Assembly: GCA_017503165.1 (NCBI GenBank)
Contig: JAFVTO010000151.1
Span: 1-47,475 of the forward strand
Length of the DNA stretch: 47,475 nt
DNA from: Clostridia bacterium
Lineage (GTDB): Bacteria; Bacillota; Clostridia; Oscillospirales; CAG-272
Direction of reading: 5' to 3'
Part shown: positions 27,163 through 37,054 of the stretch, piece after piece
How the letters are laid out: each line of letters opens with the position of its first letter
Numbering within the stretch: position 1 is the first letter of the stretch
Translations under genes and position numbers: made by a program
The notes under the pieces: generated by a model
Databases searched by the model: none
Seen by the model: only the letters and a program-made list of their open reading frames with translations
Told to the model about the DNA's origin: nothing

Positions 27163-28385
27163 ACAGTATTCCCGAATATTTCAGAGAAAACGTACTGACC
27201 GTTTCGGAGATCAACGGTTTTGTAAAAGAGGTCCTGGACAATATTCCGGTATTTTCATCAGTAAAAATACGCGGGGAGATCTCCAATTTCAAAAAGTATC
27301 AGAGCGGACACTGTTATTTCACGCTAAAGGATGACAGCTCTGCAATAAAGGCAGTAATGTTCAAGGGATACACCCAGTATCTCCGCTTCGCTCCGTCAGA
27401 CGGTATGCGTGTGGTAGCAAGCGGTCGCGTAAGCGTTTATGAGCGCGACGGAGTGTATCAGCTATACGTCAATTCTATGGAGCCGGACGGTATCGGCGCC
27501 CTGTACGTTGCGTTTGAAAAGCTGAAAAAGAAGCTGGAGGCAGAGGGTCTGTTCGCTCCCGAATCCAAAAGACCGCTTCCGTCATTTCCGGGAAGGGTGG
27601 GAGTAATAACATCTCCGTCCGGAGCGGCGGTTCGTGATATAATAAACGTGACCGGCAGACGGTTTCCGTCGGCAGAGATAAGGCTGTTCCCTTCCCTGGT
27701 CCAGGGCGACGGAGCAGAGGATGAGCTGATAGCGGGATTGGAATACTTCAACCGCCGCGATCCCGTTGATGTGATCATCATAGGAAGAGGCGGAGGATCC
27801 ATTGAGGACCTTTGGGCATTCAACGGCGAGCGGCTTGCAAGAACGGTTGCGGCATCCCGCATTCCGGTGATCTCAGCGGTGGGACACGAAACGGATTTCA
27901 CCATCTGCGATTTCGTCGCGGATAAGCGCGCACCCACACCGTCTGCGGCAGCGGAGCTCGCCGTACCGGATGCAGGTGAGCTGAAAAGGCGACTCAAGAG
28001 CATTCTCGACACTGCAGAGCGAATAATCATATCGGACATAAGCAGAAAAAAGCAACGCCTTGACTCGGTAGCGGGCAAGCGCGTATTGCGCTCTCCCGAA
28101 AGCTTTCTGGACTATCGCCGCGAGCAGATAGACCGAATGGAGGAAAAGCTCAGCAACGCATGGCAAAGTGCGGCTGAACGAAGGCTCGGAAGATTGCAGC
28201 TGCTCAGCGGACGGTTGCATGCTCTCAGCCCCTTAGCAGTCATCTCCAGAGGATACAGCGCAGCATTCGATTCCGAGGGCAAGCTGATAACCAAGGCTGA
28301 CCAGCTTTCCCGCGGCAAGCGCTTTGCTCTCAGAGTATCGGACGGAACGGTAAACGCAGTTTCCGAGGGAAAGATAGAGGAATAA
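27159..28385 (+). CDS. xseA: Exodeoxyribonuclease VII large subunit
   Basis: An N-terminal OB fold (GEISNFKKYQSGHCYFTLKD) plus VITSPSGAAVRD, RGGGSIEDLWAFN and GHETD motifs. Confidence 0.93.
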   Translation: MNSIPEYFRENVLTVSEINGFVKEVLDNIPVFSSVKIRGEISNFKKYQSGHCYFTLKDDSSAIKAVMFKGYTQYLRFAPSDGMRVVASGRVSVYERDGVYQLYVNSMEPDGIGALYVAFEKLKKKLEAEGLFAPESKRPLPSFPGRVGVITSPSGAAVRDIINVTGRRFPSAEIRLFPSLVQGDGAEDELIAGLEYFNRRDPVDVIIIGRGGGSIEDLWAFNGERLARTVAASRIPVISAVGHETDFTICDFVADKRAPTPSAAAELAVPDAGELKRRLKSILDTAERIIISDISRKKQRLDSVAGKRVLRSPESFLDYRREQIDRMEEKLSNAWQSAAERRLGRLQLLSGRLHALSPLAVISRGYSAAFDSEGKLITKADQLSRGKRFALRVSDGTVNAVSEGKIEE

Positions 28386-28495
28386 CGGCAGCATTTGGCG
28401 TTAAAGCTAATACTCGGCTGAAAAATAAATCTCAGATGCTTTTCTATGCGCCCTTCGGAGCGCAAAACCCAATAATATCGGATGGGAGTTAATAT

Positions 28496-28750
28496 ATGAA
28501 CCAAGAAAAGGACACTCAAAAAGTCGAAACGGTGGATTTCGAATCGGCGCTGAAGCGGCTGGAGGAGATAGTTGATGCGCTGGAAAATGGGGATTCCCCC
28601 CTTGAACGCTCCCTCTCGCTTTTCGAGGAGGGTGTCGGACTTATCCGCTCCTGCAACACCAGGCTTGACGAAGCGGAGCAGAAGGTAAAAATACTTCTCG
28701 GTAACGGAGACGGAACCTATAATGAACAAGTTTTCACAAAGATTGAATGA
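28496..28750 (+). CDS. xseB: Exodeoxyribonuclease VII small subunit
   Basis: 84 aa with FESALKRLEEIVDALENGD...LERSLSLFEEG, directly after xseA. Confidence 0.9.
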   Translation: MNQEKDTQKVETVDFESALKRLEEIVDALENGDSPLERSLSLFEEGVGLIRSCNTRLDEAEQKVKILLGNGDGTYNEQVFTKIE

Positions 28751-29624
28751 GGATATAGAGCTGATAGACAAAGCGCTCTGCCGCTATCTCGGTGGAGAAG
28801 GAGACAGCACTTGCGGCTCCTACTACCACCGTGAGCTTTTTGCATTCAGCGGAAGAGCAGACTCGCTTTGTAAGCCGCTTATGAGCTCAATGGAATACAG
28901 TTTGATGAGCGGTGGCAAACGCATCCGACCGGTGCTCACACTGGAGTTCTGCCGTATGCTCAACGGAGATACGGATGCGGCGCTTCGCATGGGCGCGGCA
29001 CTGGAGATGGTGCACACATATTCGCTTATTCACGACGATCTGCCATGCATGGATGATGACGATATAAGACGGGGAAAGCCCACAAACCATAAGGTTTACG
29101 GCGAATCGACCGCCGTCCTCGCGGGAGACGGACTGCTCACCCATGCCTTCAGTGTGCTGGCGCAAAATATGGACGAAAGCCCCCTGCGATATCTGAATGC
29201 CGTACAGATACTGGCAGAATCCGCAGGAATACGCGGCATGGTAGGCGGACAACAGATGGATCTTGCGGGAGAGTCAAAAAGGCTCACCCGTGAGGAGCAT
29301 GAGGAAATGACTCTTCGTAAGACGGGCGAGCTTATACGCGCCGCCTGCCTTCTGGGATGTGCGGCGTCAGATGCAAGCAAGGAGGCGCAGGCGGCGGCGG
29401 AAAAATACGCCTACGGCATAGGACTTGCGTTTCAGATCATTGATGACATTCTGGATATGGGAACAGAGGATGAAAAAACCACATTCCTCAGCTTCTATAG
29501 TGTTGACGGAGCGCGTGAATATGCCCGAAGGCTGACCGATTCCGCAATAGATGCCATACGCGATTATCCCCAAAACGAATTTCTCGTACAATTGGCTGAG
29601 GCGCTCCACCAAAGAAAGATTTAA
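28722..29624 (+). CDS. ispA: Polyprenyl (farnesyl/geranylgeranyl) diphosphate synthase
   Basis: The first DDxxD motif lies in LIHDDLPCMDDDDIRRGKP and the second in FQIIDDILD. Confidence 0.9.
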   Translation: MNKFSQRLNEDIELIDKALCRYLGGEGDSTCGSYYHRELFAFSGRADSLCKPLMSSMEYSLMSGGKRIRPVLTLEFCRMLNGDTDAALRMGAALEMVHTYSLIHDDLPCMDDDDIRRGKPTNHKVYGESTAVLAGDGLLTHAFSVLAQNMDESPLRYLNAVQILAESAGIRGMVGGQQMDLAGESKRLTREEHEEMTLRKTGELIRAACLLGCAASDASKEAQAAAEKYAYGIGLAFQIIDDILDMGTEDEKTTFLSFYSVDGAREYARRLTDSAIDAIRDYPQNEFLVQLAEALHQRKI

Positions 29625-29694
29625 GGGGTGTCCGGCTCAGCCGCAATGAATCAAAAGTCATAGGCTTTTTCAGAGCTTAAAGGAGCGGGCAAAA

Positions 29695-30492
29695 ATGCGA
29701 ATTGACGTATATATGACAGAGCACGGGCTTTCCGAGAGCCGCTCCAAGGCTCGCGCTATGATAGAAAGCGGATTTGTTCTGATCAACGGGAAGCGGGTTA
29801 AGAAGCCTGCTCAGGAGGTCTGCGGGGGAGATACGGTAACCGTCACCGAGCAGCTTAAGTTCGTTGGACGCGGAGGCTTGAAGCTTTTGGGCGCCTTGGA
29901 AGCATTCTCCGTGGACGTGACCGACGCAGTCTGCGTTGATATAGGCGCGTCAACAGGGGGCTTTACCGACTGTTTGCTGCAGCACGGCGCGAAAAGGGTC
30001 TACGCCGTCGACAGCGGCACTGACCAGCTCCATCCGTCGCTCAAGGCAGACAGCAGGGTTATCAGCATGGAAAAGACCAACGCCCGCGCGCTGACTGCGG
30101 AATCATTGGGTGAGCGGTGCGATATAGCTGTAATGGACGTAAGCTTTATTTCGCAGACGTTGCTCTTTCCCGCGGTAAAAGCGTTGCTAAAGGATGGCGG
30201 CAGCCTGATCTCACTGATAAAGCCTCAGTTTGAGGTCACGGCATCACAGCTGGGAAGCAACGGCATCCTGCGTGACCAAAGGGCAAGATTACGCGGAGTA
30301 AGAAGAGTGATAGACCAAGCCTGCTGCCACGGTCTCACCGCCTTATCACTGATACAGTCACCAATAACCGGCGGTGACGGCAACGTTGAATATCTCGCTC
30401 ATTTTGTATGTGGGGAGATACCGGAAGGAAAAAGAGAGCTTGGCGCAGACGCAAAAGAGCTTGAGGAAATATGCCGCGGAGCGCATAGCTGA
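29695..30492 (+). CDS. tlyA: TlyA-family rRNA 2'-O-methyltransferase
   Basis: An N-terminal S4 domain followed by the SAM-binding motif DIGASTGGFTDCLLQHGAKRVYAVD. Confidence 0.9.
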   Translation: MRIDVYMTEHGLSESRSKARAMIESGFVLINGKRVKKPAQEVCGGDTVTVTEQLKFVGRGGLKLLGALEAFSVDVTDAVCVDIGASTGGFTDCLLQHGAKRVYAVDSGTDQLHPSLKADSRVISMEKTNARALTAESLGERCDIAVMDVSFISQTLLFPAVKALLKDGGSLISLIKPQFEVTASQLGSNGILRDQRARLRGVRRVIDQACCHGLTALSLIQSPITGGDGNVEYLAHFVCGEIPEGKRELGADAKELEEICRGAHS

Positions 30493-30530
30493 CCGCAGTA
30501 AACATCCAAGAAAGGTTTTTATAAGAGGCA

Positions 30531-31304
30531 ATGAAGATAAAGGACCTGTACCTCGTCACCGGCATGGGAAAGGACACGGACGGTGAGTGTAGAAAAAAAA
30601 TCAAGGAAATAATAGCCGATACAGGCGCAAACGAGGTCAGCTCCCCCGATCAGGCGGGACTCATCGTGGTGATGGGAGGGGACGGAACCATAATGCGGGC
30701 ATCCCATCTGGCGCACAGATACGATATTCCTATCATCGGAGTAAATCTGGGAAGGATCGGATATATGGCAGAGCTTGAAACCGATGAATTGGACCGTTTG
30801 CGCGACGTAATAAACGGGCGGTATACCGAAGAAAAGCGAATGATGCTTTCCGTAAGCTACGGCGGTGCTGAATACGAATGCCTCAACGACGCGGTAGTTC
30901 GCGCCAAGACCACACATCCGGCTACAGTAAAGCTTGAATGTGACGGTCAGACAGTGAACACCTATTGCGGAGACGGTCTTATTTGCGCCACACCCACAGG
31001 CTCCACGGCGTATTCCGTATCCGCAGGCGGCTCGGTGGTAGATCCGAGACTGCAATGCCTGTGTATCACTCCCCTTTGTCCCCAATCCCTAAATGCGCGA
31101 CCGCTGATCTTTGCGCCGTCCTGCTCGCTCACCCTCAGGGCGTGCGAGGGATACGAGTGCATACTCACCGTAGACGGCGGACCGTCGATCACACTGGAGC
31201 CAAACAAAGAGGTAGTAATAAAAAAGAGTTCTCGCTCTCTCAGAATGCTCCGGATATCCGATACCGGTTTTTACACAGTGCTGAGCAAAAAGCTGTATAT
31301 ATAA
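30531..31304 (+). CDS. nadK: NAD kinase
   Basis: Contains GGDGT (VVMGGDGTIMRA), ATPTGSTAYSVSAGG and NDAV motifs. Confidence 0.9.
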   Translation: MKIKDLYLVTGMGKDTDGECRKKIKEIIADTGANEVSSPDQAGLIVVMGGDGTIMRASHLAHRYDIPIIGVNLGRIGYMAELETDELDRLRDVINGRYTEEKRMMLSVSYGGAEYECLNDAVVRAKTTHPATVKLECDGQTVNTYCGDGLICATPTGSTAYSVSAGGSVVDPRLQCLCITPLCPQSLNARPLIFAPSCSLTLRACEGYECILTVDGGPSITLEPNKEVVIKKSSRSLRMLRISDTGFYTVLSKKLYI

Positions 31305-31343
31305 CGCGCAGAGTCAAAGAAAGGTTAGAAATTAAGGTGTGGT

Positions 31344-31796
31344 ATGAAACAGAACAGACATTCCAAAATACTTGAGATAATAGCCCAAAGCGATGTCGAG
31401 ACTCAGGAGCAGCTTATAGAGCTGCTTAAGGCAAGCGGAGTGAGTGTAACGCAGGCTACGGTTTCCAGAGACATCAAGGATCTGAAATTAGTAAAGGTAG
31501 CAAGCAAAAACGGAGCCTACAAATATGCTCAGACAGTAAACGATTCCGCACGTCCCGCCGCAAAATTTCATAACATAATGAAGGAAACGGTAACCACGGT
31601 GGACCATGCCGAAAACATAGTGGTAATAAAGACCTTTCCCGGCATGGCAGGCTCGGCGGCGGCTGCCATAGACAGCCTTCATCATCCGGGTATAGTAGGA
31701 AGCATCGCAGGGGACGACACCATCATGCTGGTCATGCGTACCAAGGAAGTGGCAAAAGTATTTGCCGAGGAGTTTTATTCCTATTTTAAGAGATAA
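31344..31796 (+). CDS. argR: Arginine repressor
   Basis: An N-terminal winged helix (VTQATVSRDIKDL) and the C-terminal GTIAGDDT-like motif SIAGDDTIMLV. Confidence 0.92.
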   Translation: MKQNRHSKILEIIAQSDVETQEQLIELLKASGVSVTQATVSRDIKDLKLVKVASKNGAYKYAQTVNDSARPAAKFHNIMKETVTTVDHAENIVVIKTFPGMAGSAAAAIDSLHHPGIVGSIAGDDTIMLVMRTKEVAKVFAEEFYSYFKR

Positions 31797-31854
31797 ACTC
31801 CGCTGACCGCCCGTTTTCAAACGGGTCTGCGCGAAAAAAACGGAGAATGTAAAA

Positions 31855-33549
31855 ATGTTAACAGAACTGCATATAGAAAATGTAGCGGTGGTAAAAAACG
31901 TCACCCTCTCGCTTGACGGTGGATTTACCGTTCTGACAGGCGAAACGGGCGCTGGCAAGTCCATAATCATAGACTCCATAAACCTGCTGTTAGGAGCCCG
32001 AAGCGCAAGAGAGCTTATCCGCACAGGAGAGAAGCAGGCGCTCATATCGGCGTGCTTTACCTCGCTCAGTGAAAAGGCTATAGCCGCGCTGGACGGAATC
32101 GGAGCATCCCCGGACACAGACGGAACGCTATATCTTCAGCGAGTGATACAAGCAGACGGTCGGGCGACAGCTAAGGTAAACGGAAGAAGCGTCCCCGTGT
32201 CAATGCTTAAGGAAATAGGCGCGGCGCTCATAACCATTCACGGTCAGCATGACAGCCAGGCGCTTTTGTCACCGGACAGCCATATAGGATTTCTGGATTG
32301 GTATGCAGGAAGCGGAGAGCTGCTCAGAGAATACACGGATAAATACGGCAAGCTCTCGGAGCTGCGCAAAAGGGTTGCCGACCAGACCAAGCTGTCCCAA
32401 AGGCTGGACGAAAAAATCGACACGCTCAAGTATCAGATATCAGAAATAGACGAGGCAAGGCTTCGGAAAAACGAGGAAGACGAGCTGACCGAAAGGCGAA
32501 AGAAGGTAAAGAGCGCGGAGAAGATATACAAATACACCCAGATAATCACATCGTCACTTACCGATAACGGCGGAGCCGAAAGCGCGGCTGCCCTCACCGA
32601 GCGAGCTATATACGCATTGCGACAGCTCACCGACCTGCTCCCTGATGCGGAAATGCTTGCCGCAAGGCTGGAGAGTGCAAGATACGACATGATCGAGGCA
32701 GCAGAGCAGGCGGCATCGCTTACTGACATAGACGGAGCTTCTCCGGAGCAGGAGCTTGACAGAATAGAGAACCGTCTGGAGACCGTTCAACGCATACTGC
32801 GTAAATACGGCCCCACCGAGGACGACGTTTTCCGATACCGTGAAAAAGCGGCGAAGGAGCTTCGTGAGTTAGCGGATTTCGATGCGAATTTAGCGGAGCT
32901 TAAGAAGCGGATGAATGAATGCGCCAAGGAAACCTTTGCCGTTGCGGAGCGATTAACGGCGCTTAGAACCGAGGCGGCGGAGCGTTTGTCCGACGGTATC
33001 ACCGAGGAGCTGAGATACCTTGATCTGGAAAAGGTAAATTTCTCAGTATCCGTAGGCAAGCTGTTAAGCGAAAAGGGACTGACAAGGTTTTCCCCTACGG
33101 GATGCGATACGGTGGAATTTCTGATCAGCACAAATCCGGGCGAGCCTCTTAAGCCCCTGGCAAAAATAGCCTCGGGAGGGGAGCTTTCCAGGGTAATGCT
33201 GGCGGTAAAGGCGGTGCTTGCGGAATGCGATGGCACCGGAACGCTGATATTCGACGAGATCGACACAGGCGTATCCGGAAAAACCTCGCAAAAGATCGGA
33301 ATAAAGCTACGCGAGATATCTAAATGCGGACAGGTAATATGCATCACTCATTCGGCTCAGATAGCGGCGGTGGCAGCCTCACACCTGAAGATCAGCAAAT
33401 CGGAGAGCAACGGACGCACCGAAACAGCAGTAACAGAGCTTACATACGGAGAGCGGGTAAACGAGCTTTCCAGGATAATGGGCGGCATTGAGATAACAGA
33501 TACCGCGCGCGCCACGGCGCGGGAAATGCTGAAGGGCTCGGAGCAGTAA
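31855..33549 (+). CDS. recN: DNA repair protein RecN
   Basis: Walker A GETGAGKS, a coiled-coil middle region, an ASGGELSR signature, and a Walker B FDEIDTG. Confidence 0.94.
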   Translation: MLTELHIENVAVVKNVTLSLDGGFTVLTGETGAGKSIIIDSINLLLGARSARELIRTGEKQALISACFTSLSEKAIAALDGIGASPDTDGTLYLQRVIQADGRATAKVNGRSVPVSMLKEIGAALITIHGQHDSQALLSPDSHIGFLDWYAGSGELLREYTDKYGKLSELRKRVADQTKLSQRLDEKIDTLKYQISEIDEARLRKNEEDELTERRKKVKSAEKIYKYTQIITSSLTDNGGAESAAALTERAIYALRQLTDLLPDAEMLAARLESARYDMIEAAEQAASLTDIDGASPEQELDRIENRLETVQRILRKYGPTEDDVFRYREKAAKELRELADFDANLAELKKRMNECAKETFAVAERLTALRTEAAERLSDGITEELRYLDLEKVNFSVSVGKLLSEKGLTRFSPTGCDTVEFLISTNPGEPLKPLAKIASGGELSRVMLAVKAVLAECDGTGTLIFDEIDTGVSGKTSQKIGIKLREISKCGQVICITHSAQIAAVAASHLKISKSESNGRTETAVTELTYGERVNELSRIMGGIEITDTARATAREMLKGSEQ

Positions 33550-33635
33550 GAACAAAAATTAAAAGGCTCTGTCAGATGAGGTAACAGAGACAAATTAAAA
33601 AAACAATAGATAAAACACATAGGAGACAAAACAAA

Positions 33636-34865
33636 ATGGGACTTTTTAAAGAACTTGAAGAACGCGGAATGATCGCGCAGGCGACCGATGCGGAGGCAAT
33701 CGAAAAACTGCTTGATACCGAGAAGGTAACCTTCTATATCGGCTTTGACCCCACAGCTGACAGCCTGCACGTAGGTCATTTCCTGCAGATGAAGATAATG
33801 GCGCACATGCAGCAGCACGGACATCACCCCATCGCGCTTTTCGGCGGCGGAACCGGAATGATCGGAGACCCCTCGGGAAAGAGCGACATGAGAAAAATGA
33901 TGACCCGCGAGACCATAGCTCACAACGTGGAATGCTTTAAGAAGCAGATGTCAAAATTTATTGATACCTCGGACGGAAAGGCTACCTTCGTCGATAACGG
34001 AGACTGGCTGCTTGATATGAACTACGTTGATTTTCTCCGTGAGATCGGCGTACATTTCTCGGTAAACCGCATGCTTTCCGCCGAGTGCTACAAGTCCCGT
34101 CTGGAGCGCGGACTTACCTTCCTTGAATTCAACTACATGCTTATGCAAAGCTATGACTTTTACCACTTAAACGAGAAATTCGGATGCAAGCTGGAGTTCG
34201 GCGGCGATGACCAGTGGTCAAACATTATCGGAGGCGTCGAGCTTATCCGCCGCAAAACCGGAAAGGATGCTTACGGTCTGACCTTTACATTGCTGACAAA
34301 CAGCGAGGGCAAAAAGATGGGCAAGACCGAAAAGGGCGCAGTATGGCTTGATCCGGAAAAGACACCTCCTTACGAGTTCTTCCAGTACTGGAGGAACGTG
34401 GGTGATGCCGATGTCATCAAGTGCATGAAGCTGCTCACCTTCATTCCCATGGACGAGATAAGGGAGTACGAGAAGCTGGAAGGAGCGGCACTTAACCAAG
34501 TCAAGGAAAAGCTGGCATACGAGCTTACCAAGATGATCCACGGTGATGAGGAAGCTGAAAAGTGCCTCAGCGCCGCAAAGGCAGTATTCGGCGGCGCGGG
34601 TATTTCCGGAGATATGCCCACCACAGCCCTTACCGCAGATGACCTTACCGACAACGGCATCAATATATGCGATCTGATGGTAAAGGGAAAGCTCGCCGCT
34701 TCAAAGAGCGAGGCAAGAAGACTCATTACTCAGGGCGGAGTAAGCGCCAACGATACAAAGATCACCGATCCTGCCGCCGTATTCAAGGCAGACGACCTTA
34801 AGGGAGACGGTCTGGTCGTAAAGAAGGGAAAGAAGGTATTCCACCGTTTCCTGATCGAAGGCTAA
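33636..34865 (+). CDS. tyrS: Tyrosine--tRNA ligase
   Basis: Contains HVGH (HIGH) and KMGKT (KMSKS) motifs, with a C-terminal S4-like domain. Confidence 0.94.
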   Translation: MGLFKELEERGMIAQATDAEAIEKLLDTEKVTFYIGFDPTADSLHVGHFLQMKIMAHMQQHGHHPIALFGGGTGMIGDPSGKSDMRKMMTRETIAHNVECFKKQMSKFIDTSDGKATFVDNGDWLLDMNYVDFLREIGVHFSVNRMLSAECYKSRLERGLTFLEFNYMLMQSYDFYHLNEKFGCKLEFGGDDQWSNIIGGVELIRRKTGKDAYGLTFTLLTNSEGKKMGKTEKGAVWLDPEKTPPYEFFQYWRNVGDADVIKCMKLLTFIPMDEIREYEKLEGAALNQVKEKLAYELTKMIHGDEEAEKCLSAAKAVFGGAGISGDMPTTALTADDLTDNGINICDLMVKGKLAASKSEARRLITQGGVSANDTKITDPAAVFKADDLKGDGLVVKKGKKVFHRFLIEG

Positions 34866-34934
34866 GCTCTGTAGTAGCTCTGCGCTTCTGCCGTTGACAC
34901 AGTGTGCAATCGGATTTCTGAAAGGAGCTACCGA

Positions 34935-35870
34935 ATGAAAGCTGATTACGGCAAAATAATCGAGACGTTAAATAAAAAAGGAAAGCCGAAAATCCAAGGT
35001 GATTTTCGGCTTTCTCATATTTGCACGATGGGTATAGGGGGAAAAACCGATCTTCTGATCAGCCCGAATTCAATCGCAGAGCTGACCGACACTGTAAGAT
35101 CCCTGAGGCAGTGCGGAATACCGTACAAAACGGTAGGAGCAGCCTCCAACCTTATCTTTTCAGACGACGGCTTCCGCGGCGCCGTCATCCGCACAGTCGG
35201 TCTTAAGGGTATTTTCTTTGATGAGGGATCCGTAACCTGCGAGGCAGGCGTATTTCTGCCCGTTTTCTGCCGTGCTGCCGCGTCGTTGGGACTTGGCAGC
35301 TTGCATGGAATATGCGGGATACCCGGTACCGTCGGCGGCGCTCTTATGACTTCCGCAGGGGCGTTCGGATGCAATATCTATGACCGTGTAACTTCATGCA
35401 CAGTCTACCGTCCCAAAACAGACGAAACGGAAACGGTACCGATTTCCGCCTCGGACTTTTCCTACCGCGCCTCACCGTTTTTCGACAGCGACACGGTAAT
35501 ACTGTCTGCGAGCTTCGCCCTTCCAAGGGAGGACAGCGCGGCAATACTCCGTAAAATGCATCAGGTTACCGAAAAAAGAAAGGCAACTCAGCCCGTGGGA
35601 GAGCGGAGTGCGGGAAGCTACTTCAAGCGACCGAAAAACGCCCCTCCCGCGGCATTCCTTATCGACCGCGCAGGTCTTAAGGGATACTCAATTGGAGGGG
35701 CGGCTGTATCAGATAAGCACGCAGGCTTTATAATAAACAGGGGAAACGCCACGTCAAGTGACATCCTTGCTCTGGCAGACGCGGTAAAACGGCGGGTTTA
35801 CCAACAGTTCAGCGTACTACTGGAGGAAGAAGCGGAATACGTAGAAGGCTCTGTTGAAGGAACCGGCTGA
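34935..35870 (+). CDS. murB: UDP-N-acetylenolpyruvoylglucosamine reductase
   Basis: The probable start is MKADYG, preceded by an AAAGGAG RBS; the ORF track starts at 34902. FAD-binding GIGGKTDLL is present, along with GSYFKRP and IINRGNAT motifs. Confidence 0.9.
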   Translation: MKADYGKIIETLNKKGKPKIQGDFRLSHICTMGIGGKTDLLISPNSIAELTDTVRSLRQCGIPYKTVGAASNLIFSDDGFRGAVIRTVGLKGIFFDEGSVTCEAGVFLPVFCRAAASLGLGSLHGICGIPGTVGGALMTSAGAFGCNIYDRVTSCTVYRPKTDETETVPISASDFSYRASPFFDSDTVILSASFALPREDSAAILRKMHQVTEKRKATQPVGERSAGSYFKRPKNAPPAAFLIDRAGLKGYSIGGAAVSDKHAGFIINRGNATSSDILALADAVKRRVYQQFSVLLEEEAEYVEGSVEGTG

Positions 35871-35940
35871 CGCTTTTATCCAATGCACCCGAAAGAGCGC
35901 CGTCTGTGACTGAGTATTCCCCATGGCACCGAAAAAAACT

Positions 35941-36882
35941 TTACCGTCCGCTCCATTTCTGCGCTGCCTTGCGGCAAAGGTCCTCAAGATAATCCCGTCT
36001 TCCGAGTGTATCCAGCCACTCCGAGGGAATGTCCCCATATCCGTATAGCGCGCCTGCCAAGCCGCCTGCGACCGCGGCAACTGTATCGGTATCATCTCCA
36101 AGATTTACCGCGGCAAGCACACATTCCCTATAGCTACCGGTGTTCAAAAGACACCAGATCGCCGCCTCCAGAGTGTGAACGATATAACCGCTGCTTTGAA
36201 TGCTGTCCACGGAGGTTTTGAAAAAGCCGTCGCAGAACAAACGCGCGTATTCCGGGGTATCACCGCCGTACCGTTGCGCGCATTCCCTGAGGGCAGATAT
36301 AACACTCTCCTTAGCAGGAGAGGAAAGTAGCGCTTCGGTAACTGAGGCGTATATATCGCATCCGATCTTTGAAATGCGGTGCCCGTGAGTTATAGCGGAG
36401 GCGTCGTATATCATCTGATGCTTATCCCCGATAAATCCTCCGTATACTCCGAAAAGAACAAACGGAAGTATTCTCATAAGAGAGCCGTTTCCGTTGCTGT
36501 ATCTGTCTGATCTGCCGCTTTCAAGCGGTTTTTTTCCGCCGTTTATATAGTTCTGTATCGCGCCGTAGCAGGTTCCGCCTATATCAAAAGTAACACCTGT
36601 GGCAGTATACTCCGCATCACTGTACCAGACAGCAAAATTATCCATCACGCTGCCGTAATCCAACCCGTACTCACACAAGGCATCAAGTGCGGCAACCGTC
36701 ATCGAGGTATCGTCCGACCAGGTGCCCTCAGGCTGACCGTGAGTACCGTATCCGCGCATTCCCACAACAGGCGATGCCGCCAGCGACTCTCTGCTTTGAA
36801 ATTCAACCGGCACTCCCAGAGCGTCTGCCACCGCGTGCCCCATGATCACCGATTTAATACTGTATAAAACTCTTTCGTCCAT
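35941..36882 (-). CDS. ADP-ribosylglycohydrolase-family protein
   Basis: Contains GHAVADALGVPVEF, WSDDTSM and GDDTDTVAAVAGGLAGALYG, the characteristic ARH/DraG metal-binding motifs. Confidence 0.88.
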   Translation of the reverse strand: MDERVLYSIKSVIMGHAVADALGVPVEFQSRESLAASPVVGMRGYGTHGQPEGTWSDDTSMTVAALDALCEYGLDYGSVMDNFAVWYSDAEYTATGVTFDIGGTCYGAIQNYINGGKKPLESGRSDRYSNGNGSLMRILPFVLFGVYGGFIGDKHQMIYDASAITHGHRISKIGCDIYASVTEALLSSPAKESVISALRECAQRYGGDTPEYARLFCDGFFKTSVDSIQSSGYIVHTLEAAIWCLLNTGSYRECVLAAVNLGDDTDTVAAVAGGLAGALYGYGDIPSEWLDTLGRRDYLEDLCRKAAQKWSGR

Positions 36883-37054
36883 ACTAAAGCTCCCTATGTC
36901 TGATAATCAAAAAAATTTACACTTTAAATATAGCAGAAACCTTGCGGGTTTGCAATACCCTTTCGCGGTTTTTCATAAAAATTCCGAATATAAATTCAAT
37001 GCATCCCGCAAAAAATAAACGTGACAGCTTGAATCAATCAACGGGGGCATTGTT

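Noticed and set aside
27458-28771. Minus-strand ORFs of 206 aa and 219 aa (27458-28078 and 28112-28771).
   Set aside because: They are antisense to xseA and xseB within a tightly coupled plus-strand operon. Their composition is Ser/Arg/Leu-rich, which is typical of shadow frames.
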